DNA of 64,000 nucleotides. It comes from Azolla caroliniana (taxonomy: Eukaryota; Plantae; Polypodiophyta). Of the stretch, positions 43,181-55,729 are shown one piece after another (position 1 is the first letter of the stretch; the number at the start of each line of letters is the position of its first letter). The translations under genes and the position numbers were made by a program. The notes beneath the pieces were generated by a model, which saw nothing but the letters and a program-made list of their open reading frames with translations, did not search any database and was not told the origin of the DNA. The stretch lies in assembly GCA_043228905.1 (NCBI GenBank), contig JBHGNT010000017.1, positions 3,286,001 to 3,350,000 of the forward strand, given 5' to 3'.

Positions 43181-43450
43181 AATGTACATACATGCATAGA
43201 AATATGAAATCAAGTGATAGGCCATATAGATTATATATAATGAATGTATGCAAAGACATATGAAATCAAGGTCTATATCTCTCACTCTTAGTAATGGTAG
43301 GCCACATACCTCACATATCATGAATGTATGCAAATAAATATGAGGTTTATACCTCTCTCCTAGTATGAGTGGGCCATATAACCTTAAATATCATGAACTT
43401 ATGCTAGCAAATATGAAACGAAGGTCTACGTCTCCCTTAGTAATGATAGA
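43181..43450. repeat. Degenerate ~60-80-bp tandem repeat (about 4 copies)
   Basis: Recurring ATGAATGTATGCAAA..ATATGAAATCAAGGTCTATA..TAGTAATG..GGCCA(C/T)ATA. Confidence 0.65.
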
Positions 43451-43559
43451 ACATATTTAATCAACCTATGTAGGCATTGAATGGTAACCTTTTGGTGATT
43501 CACTATTGGATGCATGCATTGGCCATACTAGATGGTCTCATAATTTTCTTTTATAATAG

Positions 43560-44336
43560 GTAACTGTGTAGTACAAATGTCCCAAAACAACAACATACAT
43601 GTCCAACAAGGAAACAAAATAAACGAATTCACGCCAAGGAACCGAATAATCTTTGGCAATAGGAGAAGCTTAGCCTATGGTGTTGAACTACCACATGAAG
43701 AAACCTCTTGATCAACCAATACTCATAATAGCAATCAAAGATGAGCACATTCCACGTAGTCCAAATTATCCCAACGACATTGTAAACCCAACAAGTGAAA
43801 GATAACAATCACACGTGGTTACACATGGATTGCAATTTCGATTTGTTGAAATCAAAATAATGGGGATGGAGGATTCCCTTGAGAATAGAACACAAAAGTA
43901 TAGGGAGTAGAGCCCATATACATCATGCCATCAAGTAAGATAAGCACCATTGACCTCACAAGTTTCCTTAACTATCATACAAAAGTGGGAGCTACTTGAA
44001 ATGTTTCATCCTGAGAGGGCATCACCAAGTGACAACCCACCCACCAATATATGCCAAACAAATGGTTTTCATTCGAATAATGTTTTACTAAGCATGTCCA
44101 TAATTCGTGAAAATCCAGCAACCTTGACCTTTTGTAGACCAAATTATCCTTCAACCATGGGTAATCTGGGATGACCGAATCATACATAAAATTGGTGGAT
44201 GTCTACGACCAAAATATCATTAGTATTTCATTCTTCCCAAGGGTTATCAAAACCTAGGCGATGAAATAATTGCCATGTGTATATGATGGAGCCAAAATGA
44301 TACTAGCTAATTTATAAGAAAACAAACGGAAAACAT
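43560..44336 (-). mobile_element. Decayed L1-like LINE ORF2 3' region, interrupted by the copia at 44342 (probably continues after 50711)
   Basis: Minus-strand translation KPFVWHILVGGLSLGDALSG*NISSSSHFCMIVKET resembles the zf-RVT region of plant LINEs. Boundaries are approximate. Confidence 0.5.
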
Positions 44337-44341
44337 AGAGG

Positions 44342-47300
44342 TGTCGAATACGAGTGCCTAATGGCCGTATTCACAATGTCCCTTGGACAAACTAGGTTTA
44401 GGACAATTCCGTAAATATGTCAAAGGGCAGTTGTCCTAGCTCAGTTAGTACATAACTGGCTTTGTAACGTAGCTCATAAGGTTGTTGCCTCCCTTTGTTG
44501 TAACTCTAAGTTCGAATAATACAATTAGATCTTGTGTGCCATTCTCTGTCTCTCTTTCTCTCACTCTGACATATCTTTGGTCTCGCTTTACCGTGTGAAC
44601 TTGGTGATCTTCATCATAATGTGTTGTTCATGTTTCCACATTGACGATCTCAAACTCCAACATCTGGTATCAGAGACATGTTATTCAACTCGCTGCTAGT
44701 CGTCATTTATTTACAACAACATTCTTGCCCCTATCTTCTTGAAGACCTTGAGCTCAAGATCTCATCTTGAGAAGAGAAAGACAACTGCAGATTCGCACTC
44801 TACTGAGCTAGATCACTCTTACGGTAAGCCAATCGATTGTACCTTGCTTCAGTGATTGTAGCTGCTCAGAGTGGAATCTCTATCAAATTGGCCTCAATCA
44901 TGCTTTACCAGGTTAGACATTGTCTACTCATTTGTCATAACCACTCAAAGCAAATCCAACCCTAGGAGCAACCTCATCTGTGCTTCACTCGGTTAGACGA
45001 AATCCAAGAAGAATAGTTTAAATATGTGCCTCCAATCGTTGTAGTCACTCAAAGCGAGATCGACCTAAAGAGAAGGCACATAATATGTAATTGGCCTCTG
45101 AAATTGGTATTCGGAACCTATTTGGCATATAGTTGTGCTCAACTCGACTAAGCGATATTCGGGAAGACCAGTCGGCTTTGTCCTTCCACTCATTGTAGCC
45201 TCTTGGAGCAAACTCACCATCCAATAGTCATTTGAAACCCAATCAGCAAACTCGTGTCCAAATCTGGCAAGAATGAATTCGGGTGAGCTAGTCAGTTGCA
45301 CCCTACCACTGTTTGTAGCCAACTCTAGACAGAATCTTCCAACACATATGGCATCAACATCTTGCTCATCAGAAATGAGTCTAAGGAAGTTCTTTTGGAT
45401 TGAACTTCAACTTCTGGAAGGAGTTGATGCAGGACTATCTAATAGTCAAGGGTCAGATCGATCCAATCGAGGCAGAAAATGCTCCAGAAGTATTCAAGTT
45501 GAATGACTGGACGAAACTTGATAGAATTGTCCAAGACACCATTCATATGCACTTGTCAGAGTCGATGTACTTCATAGTGCAATCGTGTCTAATTGCCTTC
45601 CAACTTTGGAAGACACTTTCAAACACTTACGAGCAGAAGGTCGTTGCCACAATGACATATTTGATTCGGAGCCTCCACAATCTTTGGATGAAAGAATCCG
45701 GCTCGGTCTAGGCACACCTGAATGAGTACGAAAGTTAAAGCTCCTAGATTTCGGCCCAAGGGACGACGATAGAGGATGAACTAAAATCCATGCTTTTAAT
45801 GAGTAGTCTCTCCCCTTAGTGGGAAACTTCGTGACAACCGTGTGCAATGTGTCGACTGCCACCGTTAAATATTGTGAAGTCACGAGCTCAATCTTGATGG
45901 AAGCTGATTTGAGAAAATCGTTTGCAAATGATTTGGCCAATGACGCCTATGTAGTATAAAGTTTGGCTGACCGACCGAACAGTCAAGGAAGAAGTTCTTC
46001 TTGACCGCCTAACAACACGCAAAGTCGGAGCAAGTCTCGAGATAGTGGAACCTACAGTTATTGCAAGAAACCCGGGCGTATCAAAGCTGATTGCCGCATA
46101 CTCAAAGCCAATAATTATAAAGGTTTGCGAGCTGATCAGAAGAGTGGCCGACATGAGGAGGTCAATTGCATCGGCTCATCAACGGAAGTGTTTACGAACG
46201 ACCTGAACATTCTGTTCATCAAACACTCAGTTGAATCAAAAGTTTTGCTTATGACCGAGGACTTGAGCACATGGCTCCTGGATTCGGGTGCATCCTACCA
46301 CATGACCCTCATTGATCTTAGTTTCGACAATACTCGGCCTAGCACTCCGAATCAGTTCGAGTCGGAAATTCGCAGCATTGCGCTATAATCGGAATTAGCA
46401 TAATAGAGCTTAACCTTCTGGGTGGTTCTACATTAGTACTACACAAGACCTGAGCTCTCAAGACCTCTGATCTCAGTTGGACAATTGGACGAAGATGGCA
46501 TTCGTGCTGGCTTCTCCTCAAGAGGGTGCACACTCCACAAGGGGAAGCTCCTACTTGGTTGAGGTCCGAAAGTACACTCCTTGTACCCATTATATGTCAC
46601 ACTCAAAGAGGGTGACTTGTTCCTGGTTGATATTCCCATGTCATCCTTACGGCATGGATGACTCAAACACCTCAGTAAGGTCGGCACAACTCATTTATCT
46701 AGAGCCAGATACATCCCCAAGCTCTCATTCTCCAACCACCAGTTATGTGAGCACTACCAATATGGCAAACAGACAGCCGCCCGACTAGAGAGCCAAGAGA
46801 ACCGAGCCCCCTCAACTTGGTCCATTCAGATGTTTGTGGCCCGATGCCACATCAGTCTCTCAATGTTTCCTCCTACTTGTTCATGTTCATTGACGACTCG
46901 ACAAGAAAAGTGTGGGTGTATTCGATCATAACCGAAGATCGAGTGTTCATGATCTTTCAAGAGTTGCTTGCAATTGTTGAAAGCCAATCAAACCGAAAGC
47001 TAAAATGCTTAAGATCGGATAATGGTGGAGAATTCAAATAAGACGAATTCGTGAGATATTGTCGACAACGCGACATCAGAACAGAGTTGACAACCCCATA
47101 TAGTCTGGAATAGAATAGTGTCGTGGTGTGGCATGTCCAATGTGAGGAAAAGCGAGGTTCCACGTGTATCTCATAAAGTCTTCTATAAATGAAAAATAAA
47201 ACTAATAATAAATAATTCATAGTAACCTAGTGGTTAGGGCTACTAAGAATATAGAGAGGGGTGTAGAGTTCAAGTCTTCGTTGGCCCAAATTAAGGAATA

Positions 47301-50300
47301 TTTTGTTCCCTTTGTTTTTTGCAACAAAGGAAATAATAAAAGCATGTAATGTTAAAATAGGCGCCTCTTTCCTCTATAAGAGAGGAGGGATAGGGCTTAT
47401 TTTGGGGTTGCTCATTTTGTCTTAGGGGTGTACCACTACAGTTTCATCTTCTCTCCTCTTGTTCTTGGGTTAGGGTTTTGCAGCCTCCCTTTCTACCTAT
47501 CCCTTTTTCCTTCTTCTTTTCCTTCTAGGGTTTGGGTTTTAGAGCTTCTTCTTTTCTCCTCAACAAACTAGAGGAATTAGGATTTTAGGGTTTGAGAGTT
47601 TTGCTTCTAGTATTCTACTTCTTACTCGACACATTTTAGGATTTGGATTTCTTAAACAATGGCTTTTTCGGCATCTCGGTGGTAGTCAACTCAATGGTTG
47701 GTTGCGGAAGGGAGGTTGTAGTGGCACGAGGACTACTACGAATTGAGGCAACATAGTCGTAAGAAGTAGTCGGAGCCCACTAGACTCACATTCGCTAGAT
47801 TATTTCATAACCGATTGTTATAAAAACCACCAAAATCGTGGTTTCAAGCCTAGCAATTGTAAAGAAAACAAAAACCCATATTGATTCTTAGCCGTTTTTT
47901 ATTAATCATGAGACTAATTCTATGTAAAAAAATCCACAGAAATTGTGGTATTAAATCTAACTTGTGTATAAATTTCCCATGTCTTTGTCTTAATCTCCCA
48001 CTTCCTCACCCCTTTAGTCTCCCTAGTCCAAGGCCCCGACAATCCTGTTCGAGCGACACACACATACACGAAACTTTGCGAAAACAACGTTGTAGAAAGA
48101 ATGAATCAAACAATTCAAGAGTGAATTGTTGCCATGATGCAACTTGGAGGACTCTCAAATGGTTTTTGGGCCGAGACACTACTCGTTGCGGTGCACATAA
48201 TCAACATGTTGCTGAGTAGGCCTCTAGGACTTCAAATACCGTAGAAGCTTCGAACCGGCCAAAGGCCGAATGACGAGAAGCTATGGATTTTTGGATGTGA
48301 AGCATTCGTACTTGTGCCTATGGAGGATCACCGAAAGCTTGAGCCAAGATCCCGCAAATGTATTTTCCTAGACAATGGATTAGAAGGCAAATTCGGCTAC
48401 AAACTCTAGGACCTAGAAAACAGACAAATCATTTGAAGTTCGGGCGTGGTTTTTAAAGAGTTGGAGATGCACAAGACGGCCGAAAGGCCAATTGAAGTCA
48501 GTAGAGACCCAATTAGTGGATCAGCCTCTCAAGAGACAATCATCAGTGATGATCCGGCAAGCCCAATCGTCCATAGATGGTTAGAACGATTGTGTCAGCC
48601 ACCAAAGAGATACTCTCCTGGAATCTTCTTCATGGACGTCGGCGAACCCACGTCATATGAAGAAGCATCGGCGTGCGCCGAGTCTACCACCTAGCACTTA
48701 GTGATGGAGTCGGAGATTAACTCCATTTGGCACAATAAAACATGGGACTTAGTTGAACAACCGACGTGCTCTTTCGTACAAATGGGTCTATCAACTCAAA
48801 GACACGTCAGATTCTGCATGTCCCAAGTATAAGGCCAAATTAGTCGCGAAGGGTTTCCGATAGCAAGATGGAGTCGCCTTCGACGAGATTTTTTCATTTA
48901 TTGTGGAAATGACCACCCTTCGATTCCTCCTGAACGTAGTGGCAACTAAGAACTTGGAGCTTATTCAGTTAGATGTGAAGACGACCTTTCTCCATGGTGA
49001 CCTAGAGGAGGAAATTTATATAGAATAACCGAAAGGCTTCGTTGTAGGTGGCCAAGAGCATCTAGTCTGTCAACTTAGGAAGATTCCTTATGGCCTAAAG
49101 AAGGCACCCCAACAAAGGCATAAGAAGTTAAATTGACAATTTTATCCAGTCGGTCAGCTTCTCCAAGAGCGACGAGGATCACTTCCTCTTCACAAAAACA
49201 GCTCAAGATGGATCTCCCATGTTCCTCATCTTATACGTGGATGACATGTTACTCTCTGGATGGCATGCTAGAGAGCTTGTCGATCTTGTTCGGCAACTAC
49301 GGTTGAAGTTCGCGATGAAGGACCTAGGTCCTGCTCGACACATACTCGGAATGAAGATGTGTCGGCTCCGGAATAAGTGACAATTATTTTTGTCTAAAGC
49401 TGACTACATCAGACGTGTCCTGGAGCGCTTCAACATGCACTCGAAATCTGCTTCAACCTCGCTCCCCATTAATCTTCAGTTGTCTTAGCGAGACTGCCTT
49501 ACATCCAGTCCGGAGGGGGAAGATATGAAGTTGGTACTGTATGCACCGACAATCGGCTCCTTGATGTATGTGATGGTCATGACATGGCCTGGCATTGCTC
49601 ACGTCATCAAGGTCGTCAACAGATTCATGCACAACCCAAGCCGATGGCATTGGAATGCAGTCAAGCATGTATTCAGATACCTGGTGGGCACACAAGACCT
49701 TCATATTCTTTTCGGTCCGAACAAGAACCCAAGGTAGACGGTTACACTAACTCAGACTTTGTTGGCTATGTGGACAGTTGAAAGTCAACAATCGGATATT
49801 GCTTTAAATTCGGCAATGGAGCAATTTTGTGGAAGTCCAAACTTCGAGTGCACGACGACTTCAACGACTAAGGCTGATTACGTAGCAACATCTGACGTAG
49901 CAAAAGAGGCTCTATGGCTCGGTCGACTGACGTGTATGTTTCGACAAGCCGGCCCTAATTTGGTTCTAATTGTCTACATTGACAATCAGGGTGTTGTCGC
50001 TTTGTCAACGAATCTAGTTCATCACAATGCCTCCAAGCATATCAACGTTCGATATCACTTTGTTCAGGATTGTGTAACTTCAAGGAAGCTTGACCTCAAG
50101 AAGATCTCCACGACCGACAACATATCAGCCGGGATGAACAAGTGTCTCCCAATTGATCGTTTCGGGCACTTCAGTACCATATGGGCTTAAGGAGTATTCA
50201 ATCTGATCTAGTCGGACAACAGAGATAGCTTCGACCACTCGGCCTTTGTTTCCTCTCGGTCGTCATTGACTCAGTTACAAGCCAATCTACTTAAGCATCT

Positions 50301-50706
50301 CTTTGTATAACTGGTATCTTCTATTTTATATTAAAGGTCTCTCCTTAGTGTATATGCCCATTATGGGAGAGTGTCGAATACGACTGTCTAATGGCCGTAT
50401 TCACAATGTCCCCTGGACAAACTAGGTTTAGGACAATTCTTTAAATATGTCAAAGGGCAGTTGACCTAGCTCAGTTAGTACATAATTGGCTTTGTAACCT
50501 AGCTCATAAAGTTGTTGCCTCCATTTGTTGTAACTGCGAGTTTGAATAATACAGTTACATCTTGTGTGCCATTCTCTGTCTCTCACTCTGTCACTATGTT
50601 AACTTGGTGATCTTCAGTTTGAATAATACAGTTACTATGTTAACTTGGTGATCTTCATCATAAGGTGTTCTTCATGTTTCCCCATTGACGGTCTCAGACT
50701 CCAATA
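44342..50706 (+). mobile_element. Full-length degenerate Ty1/copia element (Tork/Tnt1-like motifs)
   Basis: LTRs 44342-44662 and 50372-50706. TSD AGAGG/GGAGG (4/5). PBS TGGTATCAGAG at 44665. WLLDSGASYHMT, VHSDVCGPM, CLRSDNGGEF, LYVDDML, ASKHINVRYHF. Many stops. Confidence 0.93.
47127..48090. mobile_element. ~960-bp non-coding insertion in copia integrase, probably a solo LTR of another family
   Basis: The integrase reading (..NSVV|ERMNQTI) is interrupted. The insert begins TGTGG, has CTATAAG and TAGGGTTT motifs, and has an imperfect TSD CGTGG/TGTAG; its right end lacks CA. Confidence 0.55.
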
Positions 50707-52269
50707 GGAGGCTCACATTTCATACTAATATTATACATATTGCACCAAACTATAAAACCATCCTCTGATTGGAATGTGAAATCATATTTGTCAACACATG
50801 CAAGAGCCCATCCCTTTGTCAATCAACCACAACATTGGTTCAAAACAATGGAACTCACATTCTCCTTGATATGAGATGTGGACTTGGTTTGTTGTGAGAC
50901 TCATCAACTATGGATATTTGCTCAAAACAATAACTTGACCATGAGAAATGAGTTCTTGTTTGATGGACTTTGGGGTACCTCAACAACTTTGTAGGGTGAT
51001 AGGAAAGTTGATTTGGCAAATTTTGCAACTATGTTGATGAATCAACATTCAAATCCATACATACTATGTAAAAACAATTCACTATTGGTTCCATAGCTCA
51101 TATTTGACCTCCAACAACAATACTAAAATCTCACACACTCTCATATAGTGTTACTTTAAAATATATACTTTACGGAGAAGCACAAGGAATAGGCATATAA
51201 GATGAGAATGTTGTATTGTATACAATTCAAATGCTTTAATATTGTGCCTCCAAATTCAATTCAATATCCTCCATGCATGAATAAATATACCTTTAGGCAT
51301 TTTACTCGTAGAGTGTTACATCAAACTAGATCCTTTATGGGAAAAGAGACACAAGTCAAAGAGTGGTGCCCATTGTGACAAAATATATGCATACACATCA
51401 GTTCAAAATCAGATTGTAATTTGTAATACTTATTTATGTCCTCTTCAAATATTGTGGGCTACTAGGAACACTTCAATCCTTTGAAACTTAGAATGGTTAT
51501 TCCCATGTCATGTATGATTAGACCGCATCGAAGCATAAAATGTGTACAATTAATAGTTCCATTAGTATTTTTTAACCACTTCTTGTAGAAGACAATCTTA
51601 ATGGAGAAGTGGAGAAACTAAAAAGAAGTCAGAGGGTTACACTCTAAGTGCCTCATTTGATGTGGAATGCATTGTAACATTAATTCCATGCTAGAAAAAT
51701 AAAGATACAATACTCTCAAGTGTAATTAAAAAATGTGTTCTCAACTAATTATACAGTAGAATGTCTTCAGTTTTGATGGGAGAAATGATGGGATGGTGAA
51801 GCCTAACACCACATAGGGTTCCATTTCCAATCATACTGTAAAATCCATGTTGAAGCATCACTTCATGGAATTTGAAAGTATATGTCAATATCGATCTAAG
51901 GAAAAAGTTATAGACAGCTCATGGGTGCCATTCTGGGGTAAAAATAAAGTCACATTTTGTTGAAATATGAGGTTGCCAACAACCAAATAACTAACAATTA
52001 ATGCCTCATTAAATTGTAAGTTCTTTTTGTTTAATCCAATCTTATGTTAGCCTAATTCTACTTTTATAACATGGCAATAATCCAATATTTAATCATATTT
52101 GTTTGTTTATGAGGGAAAATGCTAGCACATACTTGTTTGGAATTAAAACCAGCAAAATCACAAAATAAAACCTTGTCCTAGGCATTTTAAATCCTAAACA
52201 ACACAGAGATAACCATCTACCGTTCATAATTAAAAATCATGTGACCACATGCTAGGAACAAAAAAAATG

Positions 52270-52495
52270 GTTGGTAGAAAGCCCCATAGTCATTATTTAT
52301 GGAACATCTTCACTAGAGAGCTTCTTCCAACCTTGGGGTTCAACATAGTACTCTGCATAAAGGTACAATGACAGTAATAGACAATTATTTGCTCCAAGTT
52401 ATTTTCCAGAGCAATTTAAGTTCTTCCATGATATCCAATGCGAAGTATCTTACCACTCGCACCATCTCGAAATGTTGCATGGTGAATTGCGCCAT
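52270..52495 (-). pseudogene. 20S proteasome beta5 (PBE) pseudogene fragment, C-terminal exons
   Basis: Minus strand AIHHATFRDGAS followed by GTAAG, then after a CAG acceptor YYVEPQGWKKLSSEDV and a stop; matches beta5 AIYHATFRDGASGG...VYHVGPxGWxKLSGDDV. Confidence 0.78.
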
Positions 52496-53240
52496 TCAAA
52501 TGTAGTAAGCAAGCTTAATCAATCTTTGAAGTAAATAAGAGAAATCTCCAATGATAAACCACAATAATTTTAACTAGAGATCCTAGAACATAACTTACTC
52601 CTGCATTAAACTGTCACAAACACACCAAGCGTAGACTAGGACAGAGCACAGATGATGGGGCTATGCGCGATGGATGAACTTGGAGCTAGATGTGGCAAGG
52701 CTAGGAACTCTAGATGTTGTGAGAGACATGAGAGCATGAAGACAGAAATAAAGATCAAGGAGACAAAGATGAGGCGAAACGAGAATACTAGATTCATGTG
52801 TCAATGACTGGTGTTGAATCTCTTGAAAGGGACAAAGGATGTTACAAGTATTTATACAATTTCCAAGATTGAATATCTCTAGAATATACTCGAGAAATAT
52901 CTCGAGAATATACCTGTTTAGAATATACCACAGAATAATTCTAGAATATACTAATGATTAGAATATTCTTGAATGTACTATACACTAGACTCTACAATAT
53001 ATACAAGTTCACAATCGAGTGTGGATAGTTCACAAGAGTTTCCACATGGTTAATACAACACAATGCACTATGTGTGTTAAAAGTCAGAGGTTTGAGCCTA
53101 GAATGTGACATTATCTCCCCTCTTACGTCGCTTTCCCAAATCGGTCTTTGGCTTAAGGGGATATTGTTGATGAAAATCTTAGACCACCTCCAAAGTATTT
53201 TGTAAATCCTAGAAAAGGAGTAACCCTTCCAGAAGACAAG

Positions 53241-53815
53241 AAACACGAATACCAACGGGCGTGAGTAACCATGTGTGGTCCTCACGGGGAACACGAACAC
53301 CAACGGGCATGAGAGACCATGTCGGTCCTCGTCGAGAGTTGGAACACGACCACCAACGGGCATGAGTGACCATGTGTGGTCCTCACCGGGAACTGGAACA
53401 TGAACAACAACAAGCATGAGCGACCATGTCGATCCTCGCCGGGATCTGGAACACGAACAATAGCTGGAGTGAGCGACTATGTGCAGTCCTCACAAGGAAC
53501 AAGAATACCAACAGGCATGAGAGACCATGTTGGTCCTCGCCGAGAGTTGGAACACGAACACCAACGGGCGTGAGCGACCATGTAGCCCTCAACTGGAACA
53601 CGAACGAACGTGAGCGACCATGCGGCCCTCACCGATAACTGAACACGAGCGGGCGTGAGCCACCATGTGGCCCTCACCAATAACTAGAACATGAACGGAC
53701 GTGAACGACCATGTGTGGCCCTCATCGGGAACTAGAATGTGAGTGACCATGTGCGGTTCTCATTGAAAACACGAACGAGCGTCAGGGACCATGCGGCCCT
53801 CATAGAGAACTGGAA
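53241..53815. repeat. About 12 tandem copies of a 40-54-bp unit inside the non-autonomous element
   Basis: GGAACACGAACACCAACGGGCGTGAGCGACCATGTGCGGTCCTCACCGGGAACT-like unit. Separate 30-bp x3 repeat at ~54258-54348. Confidence 0.9.
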
Positions 53816-54736
53816 CAACAACAAGTGAAGGAGTGCAAGTGAAGCGGTCGACTCTCCTTCTTCTATTATGAGAGGGTAAATAGTCGAGGTTGACCCAAGA
53901 CATGGCACAAACGGTAGCACTAGCGAGAAACCCACGCAATCCCCAATAGGAAAGTGAGTGGTTGTGACCCCCACCGAAACTAAAAGGTGAGCGATCGAAA
54001 TCAATCCTCGCCAACAGAAAGTGGCACGAGTCTTGAACTATAACGAAAATGCAGTGCAAGCGAGCAATGATCCGATCCCCACCAGGAAAGTGAGTAGTTG
54101 TGACCTGCACCGGAACTGGGAAGGTGAGAGATCGAAAGCACTCCTCACCAAAATCGTGATGCAAAATGATACCTAAAAATGATGACAAGTAGTGTTGATG
54201 ACGATGATGGTTGGGCGAAGAGGTGCTGAAAATGATGACGTCGAAGACAAGGTTGTTGATGACGGTAACTCTGAAAGCAAGGACGGTGATGATGGTATCT
54301 CTGAAAGCAAGGACGGTGATGATGGTATCTCTAAAAGCAAAGGTGATGACAAAGACGGGTGGTGCTCCTAGTTGGAAGGGATTCAAATTGTCACAGACAC
54401 ACCAATTGTAGACTAGGACGGAGCACAGATGATGGGGCTATGAGTGACAGATGAACTTGGAGCTAGATGTGGCAAGGCTAGGAACGCTAGATGTTGTGAG
54501 CGACATAAGAGCATGAAGACAGAAATAAAGATCAAGGAAACAAAGATGAGGCGAAACGAGAATACTAGATTCATGTGTCAATGACTAGTGTTGAATCCCT
54601 TGAAAGGGACCAAGGATGTTACAAGTATTTATACAATTTCCGAGATTGAATATCTCTAGAATATACTTGAGAAATATCTCGAGAATATACCCATTTAGAA
54701 TATACCACAGAATAATTCTAGAATATACTAACGATT

Positions 54737-54751
54737 AGAATATTCTCGAAT
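54737..54751. promoter_or_regulatory. Perfect 3-unit heat-shock element in U3 of the 5' LTR (copy at 52960-52974)
   Basis: aGAAtaTTCtcGAAt fits nGAAnnTTCnnGAAn, amid several more GAA/TTC pentamers at 54648-54730. Confidence 0.7.
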
Positions 54752-55005
54752 GTACTATACACTAGACTTTACAATATATATAAGTTGACAATCGAGTGTG
54801 GATAGTTCATAAGAGTTTCCATATGGTTACCACAACACAATGTACCGTGTGTGTTAAAAGTCAAAGGTTCGAGTCTAGAATGTGACATAGATTGTTGCTT
54901 CCATGTGAAAATGAGCCATGATTACAACTTGGTTTCTAGAGAGTGGCATGAAATTTGGCAGATGGTGATGATGGAAGATATGCAAGAAAGAATGTATGAA
55001 GACCT

Positions 55006-55725
55006 GTAGGATGTACGACAAACAACACATATACATGACAAGAAGAAGAAAAAGTAAAATAGACTCAGATTTGAGTTCTTATTCTGTCTTTCTTTGTAAC
55101 TCTTTCTCTCCAAGACTCAAAAAGGAATCTCGTTACAATGTTTGGGTTGAGCTTATATACTCAAGCCCTAACTCCAAGACGTGTTCATACTAAAGATACA
55201 AAGTGGAAGGAGTCATCCATTTATGCCAACAAACTCCTCCATAAAAGGACTACTCTTTCTACTTACAATGGTATGGGGTTATCTCCCCCGTAGACCTAGA
55301 TTACAATTTTAATCTAAAGTTATTAATACAAATCAAATGTCATATAGCTGAGTCAGCTGAGGTAAAGTCGGGATCTAGCCTTATTCGGCTAGTTTTCCGG
55401 ATCATATATCATTCGGGTCGTCTTGTTTGAGTCGGTTTGGTCAGACCGATTTGTTCGAATAGTCTTGCGTTTGAATCGACTTGTTTATCTGAGTTAGCTC
55501 ATGTCCGATTCTGACTCTCAGCCTTGGGTCGATCATCTACTATCTGCTCATGCCTGCTCCTGTGGTCCTCACTGGATCCTTGATCTATCTTTTCTCCAGT
55601 CAGTATCCTCGCTCAGTGCTGCGTCTTCAGCCTCATGGCATTTCGATTCTTTTGAATTTGCCTTTTCGACTTGTCTGATCGGGCCAACCTTTGACTTACC
55701 TTTTGCTCCTCATTCGTCACTCTAC
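55006..55725 (-). mobile_element. Probable LTR remnant abutting the truncated copia
   Basis: Starts TGTAGG, has a minus-strand TATATAAG at ~55155, is non-coding, and replaces the 5' end of the following copia gag. No partner LTR or TSD found. Confidence 0.35.
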
Positions 55726-55729
55726 TCCC

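Larger units (their letters stand above)
52612..54887 (-). mobile_element. Non-autonomous LTR retrotransposon with self-priming PBS (Tf1/Tcn1-type), internal minisatellite, no gag/pol
   Basis: 499-bp LTRs at 52612-53110 and 54389-54887 with TGTCACA...TGTGACA termini. PPT AAGAGGGGAGATAA (minus, 53111-53124). Imperfect TSD TAAAC/TAGAT. PBS 54376-54386 is complementary to LTR 54591-54601. Confidence 0.92.

Noticed and set aside
53241-53815. CRISPR-like appearance of this array and the one at 41936-42320
   Set aside because: Units are contiguous with no unique spacers; eukaryotic context and no cas genes.
53760-54386. 208-aa ORF inside the non-autonomous element as possible Gag
   Set aside because: TTG start inside the PBS, built from 30-bp repeats, no Gag motifs.
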